From Lytechinus pictus (lineage: Eukaryota), in assembly GCF_037042905.1 (NCBI RefSeq), contig NC_087245.1, positions 41,478,001-41,542,000 of the forward strand: DNA of 64,000 nucleotides, in the 5' to 3' direction. Below, piece after piece: positions 1 through 12,617 of the stretch (positions within the stretch are counted from its first letter, which is position 1; the number at the start of each line of letters is the position of its first letter). The notes beneath the pieces are model-generated. The model did no database searches. It saw nothing but the letters and a program-made list of their open reading frames with translations, and had not been told where the DNA came from. The position numbers were made by a program, and so were the translations under genes.

Positions 1-954
1 AACTCTATCCAAATCGTCTTTCGAGAGAGATCTTACTCCCAAATGAACACTGTATTCCTTCTTGCATAAAGTAGCCATTGTTGGTACCCTACAAATTTGT
101 ATTCCTGCGCAAATTGTTATCCCCTTTGAGAGACCACAAACGGGGGTACTGTAACCGTCCATACCCTTCTTACGAATATTTCTGCAGAGTTTACACAGAA
201 ATTGTGCTTTCCACAAAAAACTACTCGCCAAAATACGGATTATTTCTTTGCATCATTTTGATACCTTCCCACAAGGTTGACCGAATTACGCTGTGTTTGC
301 CCAACTGCTTATTAAAGTTTCGGAACAGGAAAAATGACAGAGTGTAATCCGCCTGGTGTACACCTGTGAATATTTGTGTGGTCTTAGCGGGACCAAACTT
401 CAAAGAAACTTCCACAAACTTTTCCATCAGAAGTATCAAGCTACATTCAAAAGCATGTTCCCGGTTATTATCACCACCCCTGGGGATCAAATAGGACAAA
501 ATACTGGGAATGATTTCAAAGATATTGTGTTGGGAAGGTAAAAAAAAAAACTCCAGGTAAATTTGCCTGTTTGAAATATGACACAAGGCAGGCACATAAA
601 AAGAAATATTGCAGAACTGCTCAAAGGTTTGCTACAATTCCAACAAAGGAGGAGTGGAGACGTGTCCTGAATATCAGAAACGAGAAACCAATGGATTAAA
701 GTTTGTTCTTTGAAAAGAAATCCATGATTTGGATAGAAAAATATTATATTTCTGCAATAAACTTTACATAGAAGTATCAATGAGCTCCCAACACCTTTGT
801 GGTATACACTAAAGAACCTATGGGTCATGGCGAAAATATATTTTGACCATAGATGTATAACATGTATTTTCATTTGTAATTCATCATAAGGTAACAATAC
901 CAAAGAGTGCAAATGACAAAAGGTAGGCTTAATCTCCCAAAATAGAAAGTGTTT

Positions 955-1569
955 TTAAAGGTCAAGTCCACCCCAGAAAAAAGTTGATTTGAATAAACAG
1001 GGAAAATCAAACTAGCATAATGCTGAAAATTTCATCAAAATCGGATGTAAAATAAGAAAGTTATGGCATTTTAAAGTTTCGCTTATTTTTCACAAAACAG
1101 TGATATGCACAACTCAGTGACATGCAAATGAGTCAGTCGATGATGTCCATCACTCACTATTTCTTTTGTTTTTTATTGTTTGAATTATAAAAAAATTAAT
1201 TTAATTTCTTACAGATTTGACAATAAGGACCAATTAGACTGAACCATATAGTATCAGACAATGCTAATTCCACATCTTTAGGGAGGAATTAATTATTATT
1301 TCACTTGACAATGAGGAGAAAATTAGAATATTTCATATTTCATATAATGAAATACAAAAGAAATAGTGAGTGGATGATGTCATCAGTCTCCTCATTTGCA
1401 TACCAACCAGGATGTGCAGATAACTGTTTTGTACAATTAAGCGAAACTTTAATATGTCTTAACTTTCTTATTTTACATTCGAATTTGATGAAATTTTCAG
1501 CGTTATGCTTGTAGGATTTTTCTCTTTTTATTCAAATCAACTTTTTGTTGGGGTGGACTTGTCCTTTAA
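955..1569 (+). mobile_element. Kolobok/T2-type MITE family A, full length
   Basis: TTAA at both ends; TIR AGGTCAAGTCCACCCC / GGGGTGGACTTGTCCT; long subterminal inverted repeats; multiple copies in the window. Confidence 0.9.
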
Positions 1570-2163
1570 ATGACTGGAACATCGTAATATTGCCTTTTCT
1601 TCCATTATTTGTACATTCCACAAGTATTTCCATGTCAATACAGCTGTATTATGATAATGTACATACGTTGATGGAAGTGTCAAATGACATACAAGAATTA
1701 AGGGAGAGAAAAATATATATTTTCAGTCAATAAATTCATTTTTTTATTAATATTGTGTCACTTTACAGCTCAGAATAAAGACAAAGAATTACAAGGGAGA
1801 ATGCTAAGATAGTGAAATCAGGTAGGATATACAGTAAAAAGAAAGGAAAATGAATCTAATATACATATAGGCCTACTCTGTCAATCTTGAATTGAAAAAA
1901 ACTGATGCCAAATCAGTATATATGGATGCTTACATAATAGAAAGGAGAGAAGAAATGAAAAGCTGTTATATAACATTATGATAATTTCGTTTTAAAATGA
2001 CTTTCTATCATTTTAAGCAACAAAATTTTTATCAAGTCTGTGTTATAAAATGCAAAAAAATATGGGTCCATAATAAATGTGATGGAAGTTAAATAATGGG
2101 GGAAGTGCATGCACCTTTATACCCCCATAAAATGCCCCCCCCCCCTCTCCCTCTCCCTCTGTC

Positions 2164-2398
2164 TAGCCTTCAGACGCTGAACTTGAGAGGTACTGCTTCA
2201 ATGTGGATACCTTTAAATCACTGCCCATTACTGAAATTGACCTCCATAAATTTTAGTTCAAAGAAGGTGCTGTCTTGTTATGCCTCCCCTGAGGTTTCAA
2301 CAAATATCAACAGCCATTCAGCTTGACCATTAAAAATTAGTATGGGAGGTCTCCTTTACTCTGGACATCTGACTTCCTCCTGTTCAGCACCTAGACTA
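2164..2398. mobile_element. Short element with TAG...CTA termini and GCTGAAC/GTTCAGC subterminal IR
   Basis: TAGCCTTCAGACGCTGAAC ... GTTCAGCACCTAGACTA. Confidence 0.45.
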
Positions 2399-3214
2399 CT
2401 TGTGAAAGTTTACACATCTTTTCATTTTTTCAAAGATAGATTATATTATTGCATTATTTGTGGTTCTGAAAATTAACAGAATTCACTTTTCAAAACTTTA
2501 GTATTGTCTTATTTTCTGAGGTATTAGTGATTGGAAATAGAATTAGCTGATAATTGCAAAAGGTCCTATAAAAAAAGCTGAAATTATTTTCAAAATAAAA
2601 AAAAATCAGTTAAACTCTCATACCTATGTATTTTTTTTTTACTTGTTGTTATTAATTTAGATTTGCAATATTAGGGCAAATCCAATGATTTTTTTTTTAT
2701 CATTATGCATTTTATTCAACTTATTTTATTAGAGTTGAACTGGTGACGATGAACAAAAAGGAAACACAGAATATAAATAGACAAAAATATAGGCGTATCA
2801 ATCAAGACCAAAAAAGGGTAAAAATGAATAAAATAAAATGAAAATAAATGTTAAACCAATTTCAGATCTTAATAGAAAAGTTGTATTTCTTCAATACCCT
2901 TGAGACGTGAATTACGGATGTATTGTTAGTTGTAACCTTTTTTAAAGCTATTTTCAGAAACCTAGCTGAAATATGACCTACAATGGACTTCATGGCTACA
3001 AGATTTCATACAAATTGCCTTGCTAGAAAACAAAATAAACTATCCTCTCTTGGTCACTGCAAAATACAGGCTAACATCATAAATCTAGGCTGAAAGTGAA
3101 GAAAATGTTCCTTCAAACTTTCCCAGCAATATATTCCACTGTTCAAAACAATATTTTTAACCTAACAACAAACATGAAGGCAGATCCTAACTAAATATAT
3201 TTATAATACTCCAG

Positions 3215-3340
3215 GGGCCCGTAACACAAAACTTAGCAATGATCGTAGAACATTTTTTCTACGATTGATTCCATTGACAATGTACAATCAATCATTAAAT
3301 CAAGCGTATGATCAATCGCTAACCTTTGTGTTACGGGACC
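3215..3340 (+). mobile_element. PIF/Harbinger-type MITE (family F)
   Basis: TIR GGGCCCGTAACACAAA / TTTGTGTTACGGGACC; CAG duplicated at 3212-3214 and 3341-3343. Confidence 0.85.
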
Positions 3341-4545
3341 CAGATCTTTCCTTCAAAGCAACAAATAAAAACAACTCTATCAGTCTTTTGAAATAGCATT
3401 TCATAGCTTGCATTACATTTTGAAAAACCTGCATTTTTCATTTTAAAACTTTGAAGTCATTGACCATGATATTTCAATATAATTCACATAACTGAACATT
3501 ACCAAAATTTCAGACAGAATTAAACAACAATTTTACAACAGGGTGCTTATGCTCAGTCATTTTCTATCGAATTTATAATTTTCAAACCAAACTCTCTGAT
3601 CTAGCCTAGATCCATAGGGACAAGCACAAATCTGGGCCGTTTGTCATCTTTCTCCATAACAAACTAGCCATTTTATAATCTCTCCCCATGTGAATGGCAG
3701 CCAATGACCCCTATACACTGTCAATCACACGCTTTCCCATATATTGTAATTTTTTCAGGCAAAAAAAAAAAATTCTTGCCATCGATTTAGCCTTGATTTG
3801 GAAAGGAAATCACATTAGATGGGAATAATAGAAATCTAATTGGATTTATTCTGGCATTTCAACGGGATTGCGGACTTGGTATTCATGCCTACACGGAAGG
3901 CAACAATTATATCAACAGCATTTATTGCATGGTGGTCAACGTTTGATTTGTAGCATCGGTCCCTATGGCATAATTGCTTATGTCCATGGCAAAATTTGAG
4001 AGCAATGTTCGGTAGGCATAAACAAATTTGATAATAATTACTATTTGGGGTTTACTGAAAAGGAACCATCAGACCTCAACGTGCAATAAAGAATATATTT
4101 TTTTCTCCTTATGGTCCTCTTGAGCTATTAACTCCATTGTAACCAAAAATATTACACTGGTTTATTTATAACAAAGTGATAGTTTTATCATAACACTTGT
4201 GATAAAATTACATCTTAAAGTGAAGCAGATCATATGCTGTATTTCCTATCCGTTTCAGCACTTCTTTAATCTAGCCAACGTTACCTTATGTTCTAATTTC
4301 AGTATTACACTTTTAAATGTTTGTACATTTTCCATTGATCAAGATATTATAATTCAAAATAAATTTTTCTTAGATTTTTCCTGGAAATTTTTGTTATGTT
4401 TCATAAGTTATTATGGTTACTGTATTCTTGTATTTATGTACACTTAATTTTTTAGTCTTCGGACCATTTTTCAATTTTTTTTAATTAATAAATACTGAAT
4501 GCTACGACTATTATTCCAAGTTTCTTCCCCCTTACTCCTATTCAC

Positions 4546-4696
4546 CTTCTCTATGGCATCATCAACAGAAAGCAACGTGATCAAACGTTTTCTCTGCAGT
4601 GCATCGGTGAAATCTCTCTCCACTTTTGTCATCGAGCTTGCCTGACGTATAATCCAATGTTTGTCCTCATTGGGACCATAGTTCCAAGCTGGTGTC
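4546..4696 (-). CDS. Sulf1: Sulf coding exon 5
   Basis: 151 nt; acceptor tactttcag|G, donor GAAG|gtgaat; translates TPAWNYGPNEDKHWII...LQRKRLITLLSVDDAIEK, homologous to SULF TPSYNYAPNMDKHW...LQRKRLQTLMSVDD. Confidence 0.96.
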
Positions 4697-5025
4697 CTGA
4701 AAGTAACAGAGAAAAAAATTATGATAATAATAATCATACCAACATGCTTATATAGTGCATATCACTGCCAAATGCGTCCCTATGTGCCTTTGAAGGAGAC
4801 AGAAAAGGCAAAGAAAAAAAATTTGCTGGCAATCGTGGCACTAACTCATTTTTTTTAATGTTATAATTACAACAATGAAAATAAGGAAAAAGAAGAAATT
4901 ATATACTGCAATGTCATTACAGATCCCGATGCAACAGCAATCAATAAACACTTTTACCAAAATTAAAATTAATCAATCTTCTTTGGATAAAGATATCAAG
5001 TAGAACTATTCACAGAAATGTATAT

Positions 5026-5204
5026 AATAATAATTGGCATTTATATCGCGCTTTATCAATCTACGACTGTTGAAAGCGCTTCACAATTATTATTACCCGG
5101 TCACTGGATTCATAGTATTTCAAGCAGCCTGTTAGGCGCACACTTGCTAAACCAACCACAATGACGGTTGTTTCCTACCGGTACCCAATTAGCACCTGGG
5201 TGAG
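5026..5204 (-). mobile_element. 5'-truncated SINE of a related family
   Basis: Minus strand has the CCCAGGTGCTAATTGGGTACCGG core and an AAAGCGCGATATAAATG..(ATT)n tail. Confidence 0.7.
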
Positions 5205-7276
5205 AATATACATTTATATATACATTTGCACTTTGCTTTTCATTTAATATCTTCAATCTTTATCCATGATTTTTATATATTTATTTTGCTTTATCTTCAT
5301 TCAACAACAATAAATGAAACAATACTAAAATTCATATTAAGAAATCAATAAACTTTTCTTCAAAGATATCAAGAAGAACTGTTCAAAAAAGGTATACATT
5401 TATACATTGCTTCTCATTGAATATCTTTTAAAATTTATACCTGATTTTTTAAATATTTATCTTCATTTCATCTACTTAAAAATAACAAGAAAAACGTGGG
5501 CTAAACTCTACAATTTTCATATCAATATTACATGAATTATAAATTGAAATGTTGTGTCAGCAAGGAAAACATTGTAGCTAGGTTCTTGAACAAAAGATAA
5601 CTAATAACATTGCAGCCAATGTACTCATCAAAATCCTAGCACAGGAACGAATGTTAAATAGCGAATGTCAAATATTTGATCGCCCACCACAAATGGATAT
5701 TAACTGCACTGGTGTGTTCTGTGCAAATTGACTTGTTAATTTGAGGTGTCAGTCAGATGTCACTGAATAAAAAATGAATCGCATAATTGGTAAGGTAAAT
5801 ATTTCATTAGCATTGATTTGTGGTGAGTGTTTTTTGTCAGATTTCATATGTACACCCTTGAAGCCAGGCAAAGTCAATTGATTTGTGTGCAAGAAGAGAG
5901 GGGTTTTGGTACGTATGAGATCCTAAAAATGTTTGAGTTTACACCAAGGAGTATGCTGTACAGCATTATATGGGATAGTTAATTGTGATATATTAATTGC
6001 TGATATTAAAAAAGCTTTAAGAGAGATGGTAGCTAAATTTATATTCTTCATAACAAACTGATTTTTTTATGAATTCATGTTTACGAAAAATGAGGAATAA
6101 TTGAATTGGAAGAAAATAAATGTTTATTTGAATTAATTGAATGTAGATTGATAGCTACAATCCAGGAGTATGATTTACAGAGTTATAAATGATAGCTCCT
6201 AATAATTGCTGATAGTAACATGAATTTATCCCTGATGGTAGCTGAACTAGTAGATTCTACAATAATACTATCCTTTCTTGTTATAATTTCCTGATTTCTA
6301 TTATCTACTCTAATTTGAAATATCACAATCTACAGTAATTACAGCAGTACCTTTTTGTGCATTTCCAGAAAAGCAAACAAAAACAAAAACTGAAAATTCC
6401 CCCCCCCCAAAAAAAAAAAAATTCAAGCAAAAACATTCAGTGGCTATGGAACATTGTAATCCAGACCCTGAAATTTAATGGTTGCCATTGGAAACCATGA
6501 ATAACAATCCCAGGAAGGGAATGTACAATTCATGATATTTGCATTCAGAGAGGATTCATCTGATAAGTAACATTCAAGGATATAGGCTATGAATAACTAT
6601 ACAAAAAATATTCATAGCTCTGCTTATGATGATGGTGAGAGAGAAATAGCAAAAGAGAGAGAAAAGGTGAGAGAGTGACTGAGAGAGAAAGAGAGAGAGG
6701 AGGGGAGAGTGGAGATTGAGGGAGGGGTTGGATACAGGGATGGAGGGGGGGAGGAGAAGGAGTGAAGAGGCAGAATGGAAGGAGCCACAGTTCAGAATAA
6801 AACCAAAAATAATAATAGGAAATAAAAAGATAAATGAAGAAAATACCAGAGCAGAAATAAAATGAGTAACATAATAAAACAAGAAATTTGAAAAGTTGCA
6901 GTATTTCCTTATGATGGTAGAGGTATAAGTTGAAAGAATGCAAAAGTGCAACAATATTTACAAATGAAATCCAAATAAAAGATACAAGAGTCTTGTTTTT
7001 CTCTGATGATTCTGTGATTTTGTTCAAATCCGAGAGTACTTTGTCACCCAGCAGGATATATATTGCCATGGCAACAATCCAGGAGGTTCGGAAGGTCAAT
7101 TACAAGGGCAAATGATTTTCAAAAAAATCAGTGTTTCATCACAAGAGAGCAAAAATAAATATCAAAACTATTTTCAGAGGTGCAATCCAGCTTATTCAGA
7201 ACATCGTGTCTCTACAGTTATAAAAGAACTTCCAATGTCATAATTGTTGTATGGAAATCTCTATACCCCCCCCCCC

Positions 7277-7460
7277 ACGTCTAACAGGTACAGACCTGAT
7301 TGAACCTTTGATCAGCAAGTGGGTCTTCACACAAGACGCTTAGAAAAAAAACTTGCTACTGATTTCAATTTCTGTAGGCCTACACAAAATTCATCACCAG
7401 AGACTTTGGGCTGCATCTGCAGACCACTATCCTCCAGTAAAGGGTTTGCACAGCAAACTA
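7277..7460 (+). mobile_element. Diverged copy of the 17181 element
   Basis: Shares ATTGAA.CTTTGATCA.CAAGTG, GGGCTGCA and AAGGGTTTGCACAGCA.ACTA. Confidence 0.6.
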
Positions 7461-8049
7461 TCCCATCCCCTCCCCTGTCCATCTCCCAGGGCTTCTCTCC
7501 CCCCTCCCCCATCCTTCATCTCTCCCTCCTTCCTTCCCTCCCCTACATACCCCCGCCTCCTACCCCCCACCCTTGTCTCCCTCCCCTTCTGCACTCCTCT
7601 CTCCTGACCTACTAACAAAGTAATGTTCTCTTTCAAAGTATGTTTGCACATGAATTACATCCATAACTGGAGCACGAAACCTTGGACAAATTTTGTAAAT
7701 CCATTTTTTTTTATTCACAAGGGAAATACAAGAAATCCAGAGATTCCTTATCAAAATCAAGGCTAAGCCCCGAGTCAACTCGGTAAAATGGGGCACGATT
7801 CGGATCACAAACTCTTGAATTATTGAAATATGAGTGACACAGAAAATTGAGACAGAGAATATCAAATTCTGAAACATCAAGTGTTTTTAATATTTAGAGA
7901 ATATTATCCAAGAATGTAACTTACAATATACCCTGACTTGCAGCTTTGAGAGGGGAGGGGTGCAAAATAACTTAAAATTATGAAGAGCATTGTTTGCTCC
8001 GCATACTTGCTTATTTCAATGCATTTTGTTAAACACCATGAAAGTTCTA

Positions 8050-8641
8050 TTAAAGGAGAATGAAACTCTTGGAGCAAGTTAGCTTTTGTGAAAGCAGAAA
8101 AATCAAAGAATAAGATCAACAAAAGTTTGAGTAAAATAGGACTAGCAATAGAAGAGTTATGAGCATTTGAATGTCGAGATCACTAATGCTTTGTAGATCC
8201 TCCCATTGGCAATGGGACCAAGATGTATGATGTCACAGGTGAACAACTCTCCCCTTTTGGACACTGAAAATATACCCCAAAACATCTCTTTTTGCTCTTT
8301 CTAATCATATGACAAACGATTCATCAATGATATAATGTTGTGAAACCTCTGAACTTGTCCTCTCATAAAGAGAACACCTCACCTTGTGATAGACTCTATA
8401 AAAGTGAGAATATAAGTGAAATAAATACTAAAGTAATGAGGGAGTTGTACGTGTGTGACATCACAGATCTTGGTCGCATTGCCAATGGGAGGATCTACAT
8501 GGCATTAGTGATCTCAATATTCAAATGCTCATAACTTTCTTATTAATCGTTCAATCTTCCTCAAACTTTCAACAATATGTTTCTTTGATTTTTCTCTTTG
8601 ATATGGATTCAGCTGGTTTCAAGGGTTTCATTCTCCTTTAA
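8050..8641 (+). mobile_element. Kolobok/T2-type MITE family B, full length
   Basis: TTAA-AGGAGAATGAAAC...GTTTCATTCTCCT-TTAA; imperfect inverted arms of about 190 bp. Confidence 0.92.
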
Positions 8642-10020
8642 ACAATATCTCTTCATGGTTATTTAATCAAACCTGGACATACCTAAAATGACATGAAGGA
8701 ATTTAAATTATTCTTATCTTATCCTCCACATCATAACTGTTATACACATACTTGCAATCTAATGGGATGATGTACCAAAACTAATAATAGGCTTTTGTTC
8801 ATGTTCAAGTTTATTTCAATTTTACAAAACTTTAATGAAGTAGCATCGAATTAACAATAATTAAAATGCAGAACTGAGGTGATTTATTAAAAAGGACAGT
8901 AAGAAATAGATCACCTGTGAAACATATATACAGTGCAAAGACACATCAGAATACATACATCGTGTAAGCGAAGAAAATAGGAGAGAAGAAAGTGTAGATC
9001 GAGAGCAGAAGTTTAAGAATTAGAATGAAGAAAAACGGCAGAACTAGGAGGTACATCCAAAATATGAAAGTGGAGACAGGAGCCCCCGCCACTAGCAACA
9101 GAGACAGATCTTTAAGGTATATTCTGTTTTGCTGAATGGTAACCAAGAAAAATATCTTATCTGAGATAAAAATGGACCTCAGAATACCACTCCCTGCATG
9201 CATGGCTCCACTCACTCCAACTCCGTTTTCAAAGGTCACATGCACTTTGCCTGATGACATTTCTGTCAACAAATAAAACACAACTGTTCTGAATCAAATT
9301 CACACCTTTGCCTACACCAACCTTCACAAACTCGGCAGGCAAATGTCAAAACTAGGCACAAAAAACGACAAAAGCACACACTGCCTCCAGGAGCCCCACC
9401 ACTAGCAACAAAGACAGATTATGGTATATTTTGTTTAGCTCACATGATAATCATAAATTTTTAGTCTTTTTGCTCTTGGAAATAAAGGAGATTGTTGTGA
9501 AAACAGGGAAAAGCCTAGAGCAATTGACAAATGATAGCACAAAATATGTTCTTGCATTAACCTTAAACTGTATAGATATTGTCACCAATCAATCACAGCT
9601 TAAACCTGGTTGTTAAATGAATATACAGAAGATCTGAGAAGAGGTAAAGTTTTTAAAAATATATCAAAACGTTGAATCTCGAACCATTTCCCCCTCTTGA
9701 GTCTTTTGGCCAGCTAAAATGTTGATGTGGATGCATTTTGGTCTACGAAAGCTTTTGGATGGGAAAGCGGTAGTTCACATCCGACCAGGGAAAGGGAACA
9801 AGGCTTTAAAAAAAGCCCCAAAAGTGAATGACCCACTGTTAGAAAACTTCTCCTTAAAAACCAAAAATCCTGCACCAGAGTCTTGAGAACACCTGTCATC
9901 TTACTGCACTGTGTTATCTTACATGCATTGTATAAAATTACAGAAAATTGGTATTTGTTGTATGTCACCTTACAAATTTCATGTAATAAAACTTTTTCCC
10001 CCTTTTTTAAAACAGACCTG

Positions 10021-10150
10021 GGTCCCGTAACACAAAGGTTAGCGATAAATTGTATGCTTGATTTTCACGATCGATCATACATTGTAGTCAATGGAATTAA
10101 TTGTAGAAAAAAATTTCTACGATCATTGCTAAGCTTTGTGTTACTGGCCC
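10021..10150 (-). mobile_element. PIF/Harbinger-type MITE (family F), inverted copy
   Basis: Reverse complement of 3215-3340; CTG TSD at 10018-10020 and 10151-10153. Confidence 0.85.
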
Positions 10151-10185
10151 CTGTTCTGTGAAATTGCAGATATTTTTTTTCCTGT

Positions 10186-10776
10186 TTAAAGGAGAATGAA
10201 ACCCTTGAAACCAGCTGAATCCATATCAAAGAGAAAAATCAAAGAAACATATTGTTGAAAGTTAGAGGAAGATTGAATGAATAATAAGAAAGTTATGAGC
10301 ATTTGAATATTGAGATCACTAGTGCCATGTAGATCCTCCCATCGGCAATGCGACCAAGATCTGTGATATCACACACGTACAACTCCCTCATTACTTTAGT
10401 ACTTATTTCACTTATATTCTCACTTTTATAGAGTCTATCACAAGGTGAGGTTTTCTCTTTATGAGATGACAAGTACAGAGGTTTCACAACATTATATCAT
10501 TGATGAATCGTTTGTCATATGATTAGAATGAGCAAAAAGAAATGTTTTGAGGTATATTTTCAGTGTCCAAATGGGAGAGTTGTACGTGTGTGACATCACA
10601 GATCTTGGTCGCATTGCCAATGGGAGGATCTCCATAGCATTAGTGATCTCGACATTCAAATGCTCATAACTCTTTTATTGCTAGTCCTATTTTACTCAAA
10701 CTTTTGTTGATCTTATTTTTTTATTTTTCTGCTTTCACAAAAGCTAACTTGCTTCAAGAGTTTCATTCTCCTTTAA
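10186..10776 (-). mobile_element. MITE family B, full length, inverted
   Basis: TTAA TSDs, AGGAGAATGAAAC TIRs; nearly identical to the 25207 copy. Confidence 0.92.
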
Positions 10777-11675
10777 GTGTTATAAACAATTTACAGAATG
10801 ATTCTGTTATTTCTCTCGGTAAAATCTGTTTTTAAATTTTTCTTCTGTAAAATCTTCTGATTTTCTTTTAGCAGTGCACCAGTTTAATTCATTAAGAGAT
10901 TGTATCAATGATCAATGTATTTTCCCGAAAATTGTTATGGCATGGAGGATATAAAATTGTGTTTTATCAGAAATTTAGTGGAATTATATTCAATATGAAA
11001 TATGGAATCTTTGTAATGGCCGATTCCTCTTCATTAAGATCAATGTAAACTCAATGTGGAAAACTGCTTTAAGTTTGATTTTCAATGAATCATTTACTTT
11101 CAATGCCTTAAGACAAAGGACCCAAATGGGACTTTCAGAGAAAAAATGAAAATACACATTAATCAGCTATCAGTAGTCTATAATGAGTGTTCCATTGTTC
11201 CCTTAATCAACTGTGCAATATAAACAGGATGTGTCACGTTTTCTTACGGAAAGAAGATAAGAATGCATCATTTCCATGTCCAACAGATAAATATGATCCA
11301 TGTGGGGTTTCATAGAGCTATTTGTATAAAACTTGAATATTAATGTGTTGTGCATGATATAACCGTTTTGTGAAAAATAAGCAAAAGCTTTTAAACGTCA
11401 TAACTTTTATTTTCATTTGATTTTGTTGATTTTTTTCAGCATTATGCTTGTTTGATATCTGCTTTTTTTATTACATTAAAAAAACAGCCGTTCTGATTTA
11501 TTGCAAATCCATGAAATTTTTATTGCACCCTTGCAGTAGAATTATTACTCCTTATTTATTTATAGTACAACTAATAATTTCAATATATCAATCTATGACA
11601 AACTGACATATGGTATCATTTGGAGTACAGAGAGTTTTGAAACAAAGTAATGAAACATGCTGTTTCTAATCTGTT

Positions 11676-12167
11676 TCAAAATTGGATGTAAAATAAGAAA
11701 GTTATGACATTTTTAAGTTTTGCTTAATTTCACAAAAAAGTTATAATTTTGCACAACCTGTTCATTATGCAAAATAATGAGGGAACTGATGACATCAATC
11801 ACTCACTATTTCTTTTGTATTTTATCAAATGAAATATGAAATATTATAATGTTCTTCTCATTGTCCTGTGAAAAAAGTTTTATTCCTCCCTGAACATGTC
11901 AAATTATAATTGTTTTAACATTTTATGGTTCAGTCAAGTTGGTCCTTATTGTCAAATCTGTATAAATTGAAATATTGTATAGTTCAAACGATAAAACATA
12001 AAAGAAATAGTGAGTGAGGAACATCATCGACTCTCTCATTTGCATCTTAAATTGTTGTAACTTTCTTATTTTACATCCGATTTTGATCAAAATTTCAGAG
12101 TTGTTCTTGTTTTATTTTTCTCTTTTGATTACAATCAACATTTTTCTGGGGTGGACTTGACCTTTAA
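11676..12167 (-). mobile_element. MITE family A, truncated and internally deleted
   Basis: Retains the GGGGTGGACTTGACCT-TTAA end and the family A interior; other end missing; a further fragment lies at about 11345-11465. Confidence 0.8.
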
Positions 12168-12302
12168 GTGGGTTGCAATAGCCAGAGACTAGTTGGTGCA
12201 CATGGCTCACTCAATAAGCTATTGTAAACTAGCAAACTTGCCCACTAAAAGATTTTATTTCCTTTCATTTCTATTACAAGCTGATCAAGATGTAAACTAA
12301 TT

Positions 12303-12617
12303 ATAATAATAATAATAAACAGTTCCTGTATAGAACATTACACATTATTAATTATAACGTCTCCATGCGCTTCCAAAGGACTTGGATATTATTACCCTGG
12401 CTGTAGCTTGGCAGCCGTAATTACTCAGATTACAGCACACACGCATTTCAAGGATATAGATTCCTGCCAGGTACCCATTCACCTCACCTGGGTTGAGTGT
12501 AGTAGCACAATGTGGATCAATTTCTTGCTGAAGGAAACTACGCCATCGCTGGGATTTTAACCCACGACCCTCTGTTTCAAAGTCCCAAGACTAATCCACT
12601 GGGCCACAACGCTCCAC
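12303..12617 (-). mobile_element. tRNA-derived SINE with the same head and core as 17845 but a different 3' part
   Basis: Reverse complement of the head (GTGGAGCGTTGTGGCCCAGTGG) ends at 12617; core AATGGGTACCTGGCAGG; (ATT)n tail; AACTA on both flanks. Confidence 0.85.

Larger units (their letters stand above)
9834..10876. mobile_element. CACTG-terminated (EnSpm/CACTA-like) non-autonomous element hosting MITEs F and B
   Basis: CACTGTTAGAAA at 9834 and TTTTAGCAGTG ending at 10876; internal TTACAGAA/TTCTGT repeats on both sides of the nested inserts. Confidence 0.55.

Noticed and set aside
1-912. Moderately GC-rich stretch with several ORFs and a minus-strand frame open from about 252 to the window edge; possible next Sulf exon or TE remnant
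   Set aside because: No frame resembles the expected Sulf segment (DHGYH.GQFGL.KGK) or any RT or transposase motif I can recognise. A BLASTX search would be needed.
955-1569. piggyBac assignment for the TTAA-flanked elements
   Set aside because: Termini are AGG...CCT (Kolobok/T2 pattern), not the CC...GG ends of piggyBac.
4471-4737. ORF-track protein starting MIIIIIIFF as a standalone gene
   Set aside because: Only 4546-4696 is exon 5. The N-terminal part is an (ATT)n tail plus polypyrimidine tract, and the C-terminal part is intron read-through.
6574-7651. Long ORFs rich in L/S/P/F or G/E/R (also 24504-24970, 30395-30804, 32064-32412, 54158-54469, 55824-56078, 62257-62646)
   Set aside because: They are translations of purine/pyrimidine tracts and microsatellites that lack stop codons.
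8340-8534. 64-aa ORF MKPL.LSSHKE...IFKCS repeated four times (also 10293, 25314, 61492), resembling a small gene family
   Set aside because: It lies wholly inside MITE family B, starts at GTG, has no transposase similarity and loses its stop in one copy. Recurrence reflects TE copy identity.
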